DNA from: Longimicrobiales bacterium
Lineage (GTDB): Bacteria > Gemmatimonadota > Gemmatimonadetes > Longimicrobiales > Gaopeijiaceae
Reading direction: 5' to 3'
NCBI GenBank assembly: GCA_965204735.1
Contig: OZ242008.1
Location: 3,552,001 to 3,616,000 of the forward strand
Length of the DNA: 64,000 bases
A program made the translations under genes and the position numbers. The notes beneath the pieces are model-generated. The model worked only from the letters and a program-made list of their open reading frames with translations, ran no database searches and was not told where the DNA came from. Below, one piece after another: positions 30,206 to 41,661 of this stretch. Position 1 is the stretch's first letter, and each line of letters starts with the position of its first letter.

Positions 30206-30295
30206 CTTCAGCCCTTTCCGTCGTAGAGGCGTGGACGGCTCGCGGTCCCGACCGCCGGCCCCGCCGGCCCCAGCCCTCCAACCAGGACCCGCCAC

Positions 30296-31270
30296 GTGAA
30301 CCAACCGGCAGTGCGCCTGTCCGGCGCCACCAAGACGTTCGGAACCCACACGGCCGTCTCCGGCTTCGACCTCGAGATTCCCAAGGGCTCGATCTACGGC
30401 TTGCTGGGGCCCAACGGATCGGGCAAGACCACCACGATCCGCATGATCATGGGCATCCTTCTTCCCGACGAGGGCTCGGTGGAGCTCTTCGGGGGCGTCC
30501 CCGACTTCGCCCGGCGGAGCCGAGTGGGGTACCTCCCGGAGGAACGCGGGGTCTACGAGAAGATGAAGGTTGTGGACCAGCTGGTCTTCCTGGGGGAGAT
30601 CCGGGGCCTGGAGCGATGGCGCGTCCGCCAGCGGGCGATGGAGTGGCTGGAGCGGCTGGGTCTGAAGGAGTGGGCCCTCAAGAAGGTGCGGGACCTGTCG
30701 AAGGGGATGCAGCAGAAGGTCCAGTTCATCGGCACGGTGCTCCACGAGCCTGAGCTGCTGATCCTGGACGAGCCCTTCAGCGGTCTGGACCCGATCAACC
30801 AGGACGTGCTGGAGTCGATCGTCCGGGAGCAGCGGGAGAAGGGGACGACGATCCTCTTCTCGACCCACCTGATGGAGCAGGCGGAGCGCCTCTGCGAGCG
30901 GGTGTGCCTGATCTCGAAGGCGCGCAAGGTGCTGGACGGGGACCTGAAGGAGATGAAGCGGCGCGAGCGGTCGGGAGTGGTGGCCGTGGAGTTCGACGGT
31001 CCTGCGCCGCGCATTGCGTGGCCCGGCGTGGCCACCGTGCAGGAGGTGGGCGAGGCGCTCCATCTCTCGCTTCGTCCGGGCGCGAGCCATGGCGAGGTGC
31101 TGGCGGCGGCAGTGGCCGAGGGCGTCGGATTGCGGCGCTTCGAGCTGCTCGAGCCCCGCCTCCACGAGATCTTCGTGCGCCACGCGGGGAGCGAGGACGA
31201 GCAGAACGCCGACGTGAGAGAGCACGCCAACGGCCGTGCCGGAGCCGCCTCCGGCCGCTCCGGCGCTTAA
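30296..31270 (+). CDS. ABC transporter ATP-binding protein
   Basis: GPNGSGKTT, LSKGMQQK, LILDEPFSGLDP, STH. Confidence 0.95.
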   Translation: MNQPAVRLSGATKTFGTHTAVSGFDLEIPKGSIYGLLGPNGSGKTTTIRMIMGILLPDEGSVELFGGVPDFARRSRVGYLPEERGVYEKMKVVDQLVFLGEIRGLERWRVRQRAMEWLERLGLKEWALKKVRDLSKGMQQKVQFIGTVLHEPELLILDEPFSGLDPINQDVLESIVREQREKGTTILFSTHLMEQAERLCERVCLISKARKVLDGDLKEMKRRERSGVVAVEFDGPAPRIAWPGVATVQEVGEALHLSLRPGASHGEVLAAAVAEGVGLRRFELLEPRLHEIFVRHAGSEDEQNADVREHANGRAGAASGRSGA

Positions 31271-31285
31271 GGGGAGAAACAACGG

Positions 31286-32542
31286 ATGAGCCAAGTCTGG
31301 GTGGTTGTTCGACGGGAGTACTTGGAGCGCGTGCGGACAAAGGGGTTCGTCATCGCAACCCTGGCCGTCCCGCTGATCATGATGGGGCTGATGGCCTTCA
31401 GCATCTTCATGGGCGTGCGTTCGCAGCAGTCCGAACGGGAGATGGCGCTGGTGGACTACACCGGGGCGCTGGGCGCTTCGGTGGCCGCCGACCTGGACCA
31501 GGCGGGCTGGGAGATCGAAGTCGCGGAGCCGTCGGCCGGCGCGGCCGCGGAGCTGGAGCGCCGCCTCGAGGACGACGAGATCCAGGCCTACCTGATCCTG
31601 GACGACGTGACCGCTGCCGAGGGCGCTTTCGTCTACCGCAGCAAGGACGGTCCCGGCCGCGTCTTCCGGGCCATATCGGAGCGGGTGGTGGCAGAGGCTG
31701 CGCTGTCGGCCCGGCTCGCGGGCATGGAGGACCCGGCAGGCCTGCGCCAGCTCCTGGGCGGCGGCGAGCTGGAGTTCCAAGCCCTGCGGGACGAGGACGA
31801 CGGCGAGGCCGTCGACGAGGGCGTCTCCCTGGTCGTCGGGTTCGCCGGGGCCTTCCTCCTCTACATCACCATGCTGATCTACGGCGCCTACGTGCTTCGC
31901 TCCGTCCTGGACGAGAAGACGAACCGGGTGGTCGAGGTCGTGATCTCGTCGATCCGGCCCTGGCAGCTCATGCTGGGAAAGATTCTGGGCGTGGGCGCCA
32001 TGGGCCTCACCCAGTTGGGGATATGGGTGGCGTTCGTGGCCGTCCTCGCCCTGGCGGGGCTTCCCCTGGCGGCCGCCCGCCTCCCGATCGAGAACGTCGA
32101 CCTGCTTCAGGCGGTCCTCCCCGGGGTGGGCGTGCTGCTCCTCTTCCTGGTCTACTTCGTCCTGGGGTACTTCCTCTACGCGGCCCTCTTCGCCGCCGTG
32201 GGCGCCATGTGCAGCAGAGAAGAGGAGGCCCAGCAAGCCCAGTTCCCCCTGGTCATGCTCCTGATCGTCCCCCTCATGCTCCAGATGAACACCATCAACG
32301 GACGGGGCTTCGAATGGATCGAATGGGTGGCCCTCTTCCCGTTCTTCAGCCCGATCCTGATGTTCCCCAGGGCGGCGGCGGGCACGGTGCCCGCGTGGAT
32401 GACGGCGCTCTCCCTTCTGCTGATGGCGGCGGCAATCGCGGGCACGGCGTGGGTGGCGGGCCGGATCTACCGAACGGGGATCCTCATGCAGGGCAAGCGC
32501 CCAACCCTCAAGGAGCTCGTGCGCTGGATTCGAGCGAGCTGA
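31286..32542 (+). CDS. ABC-2 type exporter permease (NatB/YhaP-like)
   Basis: REYLERVRTKGF, DEKTNRVVEVVISS, GKILG, PFFSPILM. Confidence 0.9.
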   Translation: MSQVWVVVRREYLERVRTKGFVIATLAVPLIMMGLMAFSIFMGVRSQQSEREMALVDYTGALGASVAADLDQAGWEIEVAEPSAGAAAELERRLEDDEIQAYLILDDVTAAEGAFVYRSKDGPGRVFRAISERVVAEAALSARLAGMEDPAGLRQLLGGGELEFQALRDEDDGEAVDEGVSLVVGFAGAFLLYITMLIYGAYVLRSVLDEKTNRVVEVVISSIRPWQLMLGKILGVGAMGLTQLGIWVAFVAVLALAGLPLAAARLPIENVDLLQAVLPGVGVLLLFLVYFVLGYFLYAALFAAVGAMCSREEEAQQAQFPLVMLLIVPLMLQMNTINGRGFEWIEWVALFPFFSPILMFPRAAAGTVPAWMTALSLLLMAAAIAGTAWVAGRIYRTGILMQGKRPTLKELVRWIRAS

Positions 32543-32692
32543 GATCCCGGCGGGCGCGCGCGGACACCCATCGCCTCGGCCACGAGCTTGTTCGACTCTT
32601 TGATCGCTCCCCGCGGGCGCGCGGGGACAGGCAGGTGCGCGAGGCGCAGGTCGAGGCGGCTCAGTCGCTCCCCGCGGGCGCGCGGGGACAGG
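32541..32692. CRISPR. Orphan mini CRISPR-like array: 2 identical + 1 degenerate 28-bp hairpin repeat, 2 spacers
   Basis: TCGCTCCCCGCGGGCGCGCGGGGACAGG at 32604 and 32665 (61-bp period, 33-bp spacer), with a degenerate copy at 32541. The TCCCCGC/GCGGGGA stem is as in type I-E repeats. No cas genes in the window. Confidence 0.45.
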
Positions 32693-32731
32693 ACCCTGCG
32701 CCCTGCCGCCCGTGGTCCCGCTTCTCGCCGG

Positions 32732-33550
32732 CTAGCGCCCCAGGTGCATCTCCGCGAAGCGCCTCACCAGCTCGGCGGCCCGAGGCGTGTCCTCCACCTG
32801 CTCCGACAGCTCCTCGACCGTCGTTCCGGCCACCTCTTCCACGTACCGAGGGTACGCTGAGAAGCGCGCCAGGAGCCCGGCCGCGTCCAGCTCCGGGTGG
32901 AACTGAGTGCAGTACACGGGAGCGTCGTCGAACCGGTAGGCATGGTTCTCCACCTTGGCCGACGAAGCCAGGAGGGTGGCGTTGCGCGGCAGCTCCTCCA
33001 CCAAGTCCTCGTGACCGATCTGGACCTTGCACGACGGCGCCAAGTAGCCGAAGAGGGGGTCGTCGCGCCCCGCCTTCGTGAGCGTGAGCAGGTGCGTCCC
33101 CACCTCGGCCCGGTCCATGTCGTGCACCACCGTGCCGCCCATCGCCGCGGCCATGCCCTGGAACCCCCAGCACGAGGCGAACGCCGGAACGCCCGATGCG
33201 TGGACGGTCCGGAGCGACTCCATCGCCGTGTCGAACCACGGCCCGCCGGCTGCCGCCGAGTAGGCGCCGCTTCCTCCCATCAGAACAAAGTCGCAGCGCT
33301 CCAGGTCGCGCTCGCGGAGCGGTCCGCCCAAGAGGTCGAAGACGTCGATCCGAGCCGGCAGCGGACGCAGCGCCCGGCGGAAGGAGTCGATCTCGTGGGG
33401 CCCCATCGGATCGTCCACGTCCCTCACCTGCAGCAGCAGGAAGCGCAGCTGCGGCGCACGGCCCCCGTCGGACCCGCCCGGGCGACCGCCGAAGGGCCGA
33501 GCCCCCTCGGTCGGGCCGGGGTCAGGACGCGGAGCGGAGGAGAGCGACAA
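32732..33550 (-). CDS. Type 1 glutamine amidotransferase (GMP synthase-like)
   Basis: MGGSG, ASCWGFQ catalytic Cys, HED, QFHPE. Confidence 0.88.
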   Translation of the reverse strand: MSLSSAPRPDPGPTEGARPFGGRPGGSDGGRAPQLRFLLLQVRDVDDPMGPHEIDSFRRALRPLPARIDVFDLLGGPLRERDLERCDFVLMGGSGAYSAAAGGPWFDTAMESLRTVHASGVPAFASCWGFQGMAAAMGGTVVHDMDRAEVGTHLLTLTKAGRDDPLFGYLAPSCKVQIGHEDLVEELPRNATLLASSAKVENHAYRFDDAPVYCTQFHPELDAAGLLARFSAYPRYVEEVAGTTVEELSEQVEDTPRAAELVRRFAEMHLGR

Positions 33551-33854
33551 GGTTGTAGCGGTCCAGCGCCCGCGCCTTCTCGATGGCCTCTTCGCAGCTT
33601 GCCTCGATGATGATGACGGCGGTGCGGGCGGGCTCCACGTCGGCGGGCCTGTCTGCGGGGACGTAGCAGAGCTTGGCCCGGCACGAGTCGGGCGACTCGG
33701 CGGCCTCCACGAACTCCAGATAGACGTCCCAGAACCGTCCGTCGTGCGTGAAGGTCGTCAGATGAAGGTTCTCGGCGGCCCGGGCGTCGTCCGGCTCGGC
33801 GGAACCGGACGGCCGGCGCAGCTTCCCCGGAGTGGAATCCGATTGCGGCGTCAT
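33522..33854 (-). CDS. Hypothetical protein
   Basis: Coding-like ORF (HLTTFTHDGRFWDVYLEF...LLRS) overlapping the GATase start. Confidence 0.65.
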   Translation of the reverse strand: MTPQSDSTPGKLRRPSGSAEPDDARAAENLHLTTFTHDGRFWDVYLEFVEAAESPDSCRAKLCYVPADRPADVEPARTAVIIIEASCEEAIEKARALDRYNLVALLRSAS

Positions 33855-33961
33855 AGGCTTGGCTTGGAGTGTCCGGGGCGCGTCGGCAACTTGGCGCCCG
33901 CCGCCCAAATCATGTCTGATTGCCGGGAACCGTGGCAAGCCTGCCGGCCCAACCACTTTCG

Positions 33962-33990
33962 TTGACATCCCCCGCGCCGAAGTCTATCTT
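33962..33990 (+). promoter_or_regulatory. Sigma70-type promoter of the act operon
   Basis: TTGACA (33962-33967)-N17-TATCTT (33985-33990). Confidence 0.65.
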
Positions 33991-34079
33991 GCGTCGGCTT
34001 GTTCGACGACCAGCCGGCCGTCACGGCGCGACCCGCCTCCTTCCCGCTCCCCCTCGACCGATCCCCCAACGGCTACCTG

Positions 34080-34661
34080 ATGCCTACCGCAAGAACGAAC
34101 AAGCAGTGGCTGACGGCGGGGACGGGGCTGCTTCTGGCTCTGTGCGTCGCCGTTGCGGCGGGATGGCGCGCCCTGGGTCTCCAGCAGGCTCCCGGAGAGT
34201 CCGAAGCCGCCGTCCAGGAAGGCGACGAGGGCCTCTCCCAGCCGATCCAGTTCCCCCACGACACTCACGCCGGCCAGTTCCAGATCGACTGCCAGTACTG
34301 CCACTTCTCCGCCGAGCGCTCGGTGGACGCCGGGATCCCACCCGTGGACGCCTGCATGGGCTGCCACCAGGTCGTGCCGGGCAGGACCAACCCGGAAGAG
34401 GTGGCCAAGCTTCGGGAATACCACGAATCGGGCACGCCGATCCCGTGGAAGCGCATATACAAGGTCTCGGACCACGTCACCTTCCCCCACTTTCGGCATG
34501 TGGCCGCAGGCGTGGAGTGCCAGACCTGCCACGGGCAAGTCCAGGAGATGGGCGTGCTGGAGGCCGTGGCGCCGGAAGCCGGCAACTTGAAGATGGGCTG
34601 GTGCGTCTCCTGCCACTTGGAGCGAGGCGCTTCCCGCGACTGCACGGTTTGCCACTACTGA
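34080..34661 (+). CDS. actA: Alternative complex III pentaheme cytochrome c subunit
   Basis: Five CxxCH motifs (CQYCH, CMGCH, CQTCH, CVSCH, CTVCH); QPIQFPHDTHAG. Confidence 0.9.
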   Translation: MPTARTNKQWLTAGTGLLLALCVAVAAGWRALGLQQAPGESEAAVQEGDEGLSQPIQFPHDTHAGQFQIDCQYCHFSAERSVDAGIPPVDACMGCHQVVPGRTNPEEVAKLREYHESGTPIPWKRIYKVSDHVTFPHFRHVAAGVECQTCHGQVQEMGVLEAVAPEAGNLKMGWCVSCHLERGASRDCTVCHY

Positions 34662-34668
34662 GGGCCTG

Positions 34669-37600
34669 ATGAGCGACGGTTTCGGACGGCGCGACTTCCT
34701 CAAGGTCCTGGGCGCCGGGGGCGCGGGCGCGGCGGCGGGCGGCTGCTCCACCGACCAGGTCGAGCGGCTGATCCCCTACGTGACGCCCCCGGAGGAGATC
34801 ACGCCGGGCGTCGCGACCTGGTACGCCACCACGTGCGGGGAGTGCTCCGGCGGCTGCGGCGTTCGCGTCCGCACCCGAGAGGGCCGCGCGGTGATGATCG
34901 AGGGGAACCCCGACCATCCGATCTCCAAGGGAGGGCTCTGTTCCCGGGGAGTGTCGGCTCTTCAGGGCCTCTACGACCCGGACCGGATCGCCGCCCCGAT
35001 GCGCGCCGCGAACGGGAGCTTCGAGCCGATCTCCTGGGACGAGGCGCTGGAGCTTCTGGCGGATCGGCTGGGAACCGGCGGCCGCTCGCTCTTCCTGACC
35101 GGCCCCAAGGGACCCACCGAGGGCGGTTTCCTGAACCGCTTCGCCGATGCGCTGGGCGGACGGCGGGTCGTCTACGATCCCCTGGACGACTCGGCGCTCC
35201 GGGAGGCCGCGAGGATCGCCTTCGGCGTCGACGCGGCGCCGAGGTACGAGATCGGCAACGCCGACTTCCTCGTCTCCTTCGGGGCCGACTTCCTGGAGAC
35301 TTGGCTCTCGCCCGTCCGATTCTCCGCCGACTTCGCCTCCATGCACGGGACGGCCGACGGGCGCAAGGGCCGCTTCGTCTTCGTCGGCTCCCGTCTGTCC
35401 CTGACGGGCCAGAACGCCGACGAGTGGATCCCCGCCCGTCCGGGCTCCGAAGCCCAGGTCGCCCTGGCCGTCGCCGGCGAGCTGGCCCGCCGGGGCGCCG
35501 ACGCGGGACCGTACGCGGCGCTGGTCTCCAACACCGACCTGACGAGCGCGGCGGCGGCCGCAGGCGTGGACGCCGACGCCCTCGTCGAGCTGGCCGACGG
35601 CTTCGCCGAAGGAAGGGGCTTGGCCCTCGGACCGGGGCTGGCCGGCCACCACGCCGGAGCGACCGCCGCCAACTTGGCGACGCTGGTCCTGAACGCGGTG
35701 GCGGGGGCGGTCGGACGCACCATGCACGTCGACGCCGTCGCCGACGGAGAGGCGTCGTCCCACGGGGAGCTGGCCCAGGCACTGGCGGAGATGGACGCGG
35801 GAGCCTACGGCGTGGCGGTCGTCTCGGGGGCCAACCCGGCGTACTCGCTCTCCCCCGCCAGCGGCTTCGTCGAAGCCTTCGGCAACGTCCCCTTCAAGGT
35901 GGCCTTCGCCACCGCGCCGGACGAGACCACGGCGCTGGCCGACTTGGTGCTTCCCGACGCCCACCCCATGGAGTCGTGGGGCGACGCCATGCCGGCGCCG
36001 GGCACGTACTCGGTGCGGCAGCCGGTCATGCGTCCGATCTCCCTCTTCGACTCCCGCCCCATGAGCGACGTCCTCCTGGAGACGGGAAGGCGGATCGGTC
36101 ACGACTTCGGCGCGGCCACGTTCCGCGAGTACCTCCGGGCGGCCAACCGGAGCTGGCTGGCGGCGAACGGCGAAGACGCGGGCCTGGTGGGCGACCCGGA
36201 TGCTCTTTGGCGCGAGCTGCTGCGCGCCGGCTCGGTCTCCTACGCCGACACGTCGGCCAAGGTGGAGGCGCTCCAGCCGCCCGAGACCGCCGTCGCCTTC
36301 GACTCGCCCAGCTTCGAGGGCGAGGGCGAGTTGATCCTGCTCGTCTACCCCTCGCCGCGCTTCGGGGCGGGCGAACACGCCAACCGGCCCTGGCTCCAGG
36401 AACTCCCGGACCCGGTCTCCAAGATCATGTGGCACTCCTGGGCCGAGCTGAACCCCGCCACCGCCGCGCGCCTGGGCGTGAGGTCCGGGGACGTGGTGCG
36501 GGTCGCGTCTCCCGAAGGCGAAGTGGAGCTTCCCGCATGGGTCTACCCAGGCGTGCGGGAGGACGTGGTGGCCGTCGCCATGGGGGGAGGCCACACCGTG
36601 TACGGCGAGCTGGCCCGCCGGTTCGCCCACGGTCCCGGCGTCAACCCCATGACCCTTCTGCCCGCCGTGGCCGACGCCGAGTCGGGCGCTCTGGCGCTGG
36701 TGGCGACCCGGGTGTCGGTGACGCCGACCGGCGAGTGGCGGCGCTTGGCCTCCACCGAGGGCTCCCACGACCAGGACGACCGGAACGTGGCGCCCGCGGT
36801 CGCGCTGTCGGCCCTGGGCCACGGCGACGAAGGCGCTGGCGCGGACGACCACTCCGCCCAGGAGGACCACCACGGCCAGCTGCGGGAGCTGCAGGAAGGC
36901 GGCGGCTTCGTCCCGGTCCCCACCGAGGGCCGGGCCGAGGACTTCCCCCTCCCAGGCTCCGACTTCGGCGAGTACGGCGACGACCACCCCCGCTGGGCGA
37001 TGGCCGTCGACCTGGACAAGTGCACCGGCTGCGGCGCCTGCGTGACCGCCTGCCAAGCCGAGAACAACGTCCCCTGGGTCGGCGAGACCGAGGTCCTCAA
37101 CGGACGAGAGATGCACTGGCTGCGCTTGGAGCGCTACTACGAGACGGTGGACGCGTCCCATGCGGGGCCGGTGGACGTCCGGTTCCTGCCGATGCTCTGC
37201 CAGCACTGCAACAACGCGCCGTGCGAACCCGTGTGCCCCGTCTTCGCCGCCTACCACACGCCGGACGGGCTCAACGCCCAGGCGTACAACCGGTGCGTGG
37301 GCACCCGCTACTGCGCCAACAACTGTCCCTACAAGGTCCGGGTCTTCAACTGGTACCGCTACACGGAGAAGATCCCCGAGCCGATGAACTGGCAGTTCAA
37401 CCCCGACGTGACCGTCCGGGACAACGGCGTCATGGAGAAGTGCACCTTCTGCGTGCAGCGGATCAGGGACGCCGGGGGCCGGGCGGCGGTGGAGGGACGC
37501 GACATTCGCGACGGCGAGGTCTACACCGCCTGCCAGAGCGTGTGCGGGGCGGACGCCATCGTCTTCGGCAACGTCCGGGACGCCGATTCGCGCGTGGCCT

Positions 37601-37716
37601 CGGCGGTCCGGGACGAGAGGACCTACCGGGTGCTGGACGAGCTGATCAACACTCAGCCGGCGGTCCACTACCTGAAGAAGGTCGTCTTCCACGACGTGGA
37701 CGAGGGCGGGCACTAG
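34669..37716 (+). CDS. actB: Alternative complex III subunit B (molybdopterin-oxidoreductase fold + FeS domain)
   Basis: Tat [76 protein letters not shown]. Confidence 0.92.
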   Translation: MSDGFGRRDFLKVLGAGGAGAAAGGCSTDQVERLIPYVTPPEEITPGVATWYATTCGECSGGCGVRVRTREGRAVMIEGNPDHPISKGGLCSRGVSALQGLYDPDRIAAPMRAANGSFEPISWDEALELLADRLGTGGRSLFLTGPKGPTEGGFLNRFADALGGRRVVYDPLDDSALREAARIAFGVDAAPRYEIGNADFLVSFGADFLETWLSPVRFSADFASMHGTADGRKGRFVFVGSRLSLTGQNADEWIPARPGSEAQVALAVAGELARRGADAGPYAALVSNTDLTSAAAAAGVDADALVELADGFAEGRGLALGPGLAGHHAGATAANLATLVLNAVAGAVGRTMHVDAVADGEASSHGELAQALAEMDAGAYGVAVVSGANPAYSLSPASGFVEAFGNVPFKVAFATAPDETTALADLVLPDAHPMESWGDAMPAPGTYSVRQPVMRPISLFDSRPMSDVLLETGRRIGHDFGAATFREYLRAANRSWLAANGEDAGLVGDPDALWRELLRAGSVSYADTSAKVEALQPPETAVAFDSPSFEGEGELILLVYPSPRFGAGEHANRPWLQELPDPVSKIMWHSWAELNPATAARLGVRSGDVVRVASPEGEVELPAWVYPGVREDVVAVAMGGGHTVYGELARRFAHGPGVNPMTLLPAVADAESGALALVATRVSVTPTGEWRRLASTEGSHDQDDRNVAPAVALSALGHGDEGAGADDHSAQEDHHGQLRELQEGGGFVPVPTEGRAEDFPLPGSDFGEYGDDHPRWAMAVDLDKCTGCGACVTACQAENNVPWVGETEVLNGREMHWLRLERYYETVDASHAGPVDVRFLPMLCQHCNNAPCEPVCPVFAAYHTPDGLNAQAYNRCVGTRYCANNCPYKVRVFNWYRYTEKIPEPMNWQFNPDVTVRDNGVMEKCTFCVQRIRDAGGRAAVEGRDIRDGEVYTACQSVCGADAIVFGNVRDADSRVASAVRDERTYRVLDELINTQPAVHYLKKVVFHDVDEGGH

Positions 37717-37720
37717 CGAG

Positions 37721-39118
<1,398 letters not shown>

Positions 39119-39658
39119 ATGGCCAGACGTTCGGGCAACGCCCAGGGGTTCTTCGCCGTCTTCGAGCACTTGGACGCGACGGTGGAGGCATGCCGGGCCT
39201 TGCGGGCTGCGGGCTACAAGAAGTTCCAGGCCTTTGCGCCCCTGCCGGAGCATCACTTGCTGGAAGAAGGGTTGGCGCTGAAGCACAGTCCGGTCCGGGT
39301 GTTCACCCTGGCGGGAGCCCTGACCGGCGCGGCAACGGGCTTCGGCTTCACCTCGTGGACGTCGCTGGACTGGCCGCTGGTCACCGGCGGCAAGCCTCTC
39401 CTCTCGATTCCGGCCTACGTGGTGATCGCCTTCGAGTGCGCCATCCTCTTCGGCGCCCTTTCCACCGTGATCGGCCTCTTCATCAACGCGGGCTTGCCCA
39501 ACTTCCGCTCGAAGGTGGCGTACCACCCGGCGTGCTCCGACGGCGCTTTCGGCATCTACGTGGCCGTGCCCGCCACGAGGGCCCCGGAGGTGCGGGAGAT
39601 CCTCGCCCGCCACGAGCCCGACGAACTTCGCGAGGACTCGGAGGGCTTCGATGCGTAG
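39119..39658 (+). CDS. actD: Alternative complex III subunit D (DUF3341)
   Basis: DWPLVTGGKP, PAYVVIAFE; position in the operon. Confidence 0.88.
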   Translation: MARRSGNAQGFFAVFEHLDATVEACRALRAAGYKKFQAFAPLPEHHLLEEGLALKHSPVRVFTLAGALTGAATGFGFTSWTSLDWPLVTGGKPLLSIPAYVVIAFECAILFGALSTVIGLFINAGLPNFRSKVAYHPACSDGAFGIYVAVPATRAPEVREILARHEPDELREDSEGFDA

Positions 39659-40259
39659 ACGATTCGCGGCGCTCCTGCTCGTCCTCGGCCTCGGTTCGGC
39701 GGGCGCGTGCGTCCCCTTGGACGACTTCATGGTGTTCGTGTTCGGGAGGAGCATGAGGGACCAGCCGTCCTTCGACCCCTACGAGCACACCCTCCTGCCC
39801 CCCGAGGGCACGGTGCCGATCTCGGCAGGCAACTACCCTGCCGGCCCCTTCGAGCTGAACACCGGACAGCCCGAGGGCAGCCCCGACGTGCCGCCTCCCT
39901 TCACCCAGCTGGAGATGACCAACCGGCCCGAGGTCGTGGACAGCCTCGTCAACCCGGTGCCGGCGTCGCCCGAGTCCCTGGCCCGGGGCGAAGAGCTGTA
40001 CGAGCGGGTGTGCATCGTCTGCCACGGTCCCGACGGCTCGGGAACCACCGCCTACATCTTCGAGGTCCATCCCGCCCTGGCCGCCTACCCCCTTCGCGGC
40101 GAGGCCGCCGTGGCCCGGAGCGACGGCTACCTCTACGGGATGATCCGGGTCGGTCGGGGCCTCATGCCGGCCTACGGTCACCAGATCGGCCACTACGACC
40201 GGTGGCACGTCGTCAACTACCTGCGCCGGCTGCAAGGCGCCGCCGCCGAGACCAACTGA
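39651..40259 (+). CDS. actE: Alternative complex III monoheme cytochrome c lipoprotein
   Basis: Lipobox AGAC, MRDQPS, PPEGTVP, CIVCHG, MPAYG. Confidence 0.88.
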   Translation: MRRRFAALLLVLGLGSAGACVPLDDFMVFVFGRSMRDQPSFDPYEHTLLPPEGTVPISAGNYPAGPFELNTGQPEGSPDVPPPFTQLEMTNRPEVVDSLVNPVPASPESLARGEELYERVCIVCHGPDGSGTTAYIFEVHPALAAYPLRGEAAVARSDGYLYGMIRVGRGLMPAYGHQIGHYDRWHVVNYLRRLQGAAAETN

Positions 40260-40260
40260 C

Positions 40261-41607
40261 ATGAGCAGCGGCCACGCCCCTCCCGCCTTTCCCGTCCGGC
40301 GCCTGGAGCGCTCGGCGACGACCAGGACGGCACTCGTGGCGATGGTCCTCGCAGGCGTCGCTTCGTTCTTCGTGGCCCTCGCCACGGACCCCGCACTGGC
40401 GTGGAAGTCCTACGTGGTGAACTGGAACTACTTCACCTCGCTCTCGGTGGGCGGCGCGGCGGTGGCGGCGGTGACGTGGATCGTGAAGGCCAAGTGGAAC
40501 CGGCCCGTCCGGCGGCTCCACCACGCCCTGGTCGCGTTCCTGCCGATCTCGTTCGCGCTCTTCGTCCCCATGCTGGTGGTGCTGCGGGAGGACTACTTCC
40601 CGTGGATCGCGCTGATGGAGCACGACCCCATCGTCCAGAAGAAGGCGGCCTACCTGAACATCCCGTTCCTGGTGAGCCGCAACGCGGTGGGCGTGCTGGC
40701 GCTCTTCGGCTTGGCTCTCGGCTTCGTCTACTTGGCGCTGCGACCGGACATGGGGGCGCTGGGGCGCGCCGGTTCGGCGGGGGACGGCGCAGGCGGCCCG
40801 GCCGGCGGTGGGCGGTCGGCGGAGGACCAGCGGCCGGATGCGGCACGTGTGGCGTGGGCGCAGCGCCTGACCGTGGGATGGGCGGGCCAGGAGGTGGAGG
40901 AGGAGCGGAGCTACCAGCGAATGACCCGCTTGGCCCCGGCGCTGGTCCTGACCTGGGTGGTCGTGATGACGGTTCTCTCCTTCGACTGGGCGATGTCGCT
41001 CGAGCCTCACTGGTTCTCGACCCTCTTCGGCGGCTGGTTCTTCATGGCCGCCTTCTGGGGTGGACTGGCGGCGACCGCCGTGCTGGCGGTGTGGCTGAAG
41101 AGAAAGGACCCCTCGTTCGACGAGCACGCGGGAACGCCCGTCCTGTGGGACCTGGGCAAGCTGGTGTTCGCCTTCACCGTCTTCTGGACCTACCTCTTCT
41201 GGTCCCAGTACCTGCCGATCTGGTACGGGAAGCTCGAGTGGGAGCAGGCGTGGCTGGCAACCCGGCTGGGCGAGCCCTGGGGCGGCCTCTCGGCGGCCGT
41301 GATCGTCCTTTGCTTCGTGGTCCCCTTCGCCGGACTGCTGGGCGTGCGCCCCAAGCAGACCCCCCGCGTCCTGCAGGCCTTCGCGACCGTCGTGCTGGCC
41401 GGCCTCTGGCTCTGGCAGTACATGCTGATCTTCCCCTCGCTGCACCACGAGGGCGACGCCGTGTTCTCCGTGCTGACGCCGCTGATCAGCCTCGGCTTCC
41501 TGGGCCTCTTCCTGGCCTCGGTGCGCTGGTTCCTGGCCACCTTCCCGATGATCCAGCTGTGGCAGCCCCCGGTCGACCCGGAACCGCTGGAGGCGGAGGG
41601 GCGCTAG
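40261..41607 (+). CDS. actF: Alternative complex III subunit F
   Basis: KAAYLNIPF, FDWAMSLEPHWFSTLFG, DLGKL, FWTYLFWSQYLPIWYG. Confidence 0.9.
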   Translation: MSSGHAPPAFPVRRLERSATTRTALVAMVLAGVASFFVALATDPALAWKSYVVNWNYFTSLSVGGAAVAAVTWIVKAKWNRPVRRLHHALVAFLPISFALFVPMLVVLREDYFPWIALMEHDPIVQKKAAYLNIPFLVSRNAVGVLALFGLALGFVYLALRPDMGALGRAGSAGDGAGGPAGGGRSAEDQRPDAARVAWAQRLTVGWAGQEVEEERSYQRMTRLAPALVLTWVVVMTVLSFDWAMSLEPHWFSTLFGGWFFMAAFWGGLAATAVLAVWLKRKDPSFDEHAGTPVLWDLGKLVFAFTVFWTYLFWSQYLPIWYGKLEWEQAWLATRLGEPWGGLSAAVIVLCFVVPFAGLLGVRPKQTPRVLQAFATVVLAGLWLWQYMLIFPSLHHEGDAVFSVLTPLISLGFLGLFLASVRWFLATFPMIQLWQPPVDPEPLEAEGR

Positions 41608-41661
41608 GGGGAACCGGCCAGCGACTCCCCGTCGGCTCCCCGACCCTCGGAGGAGGAGTCC

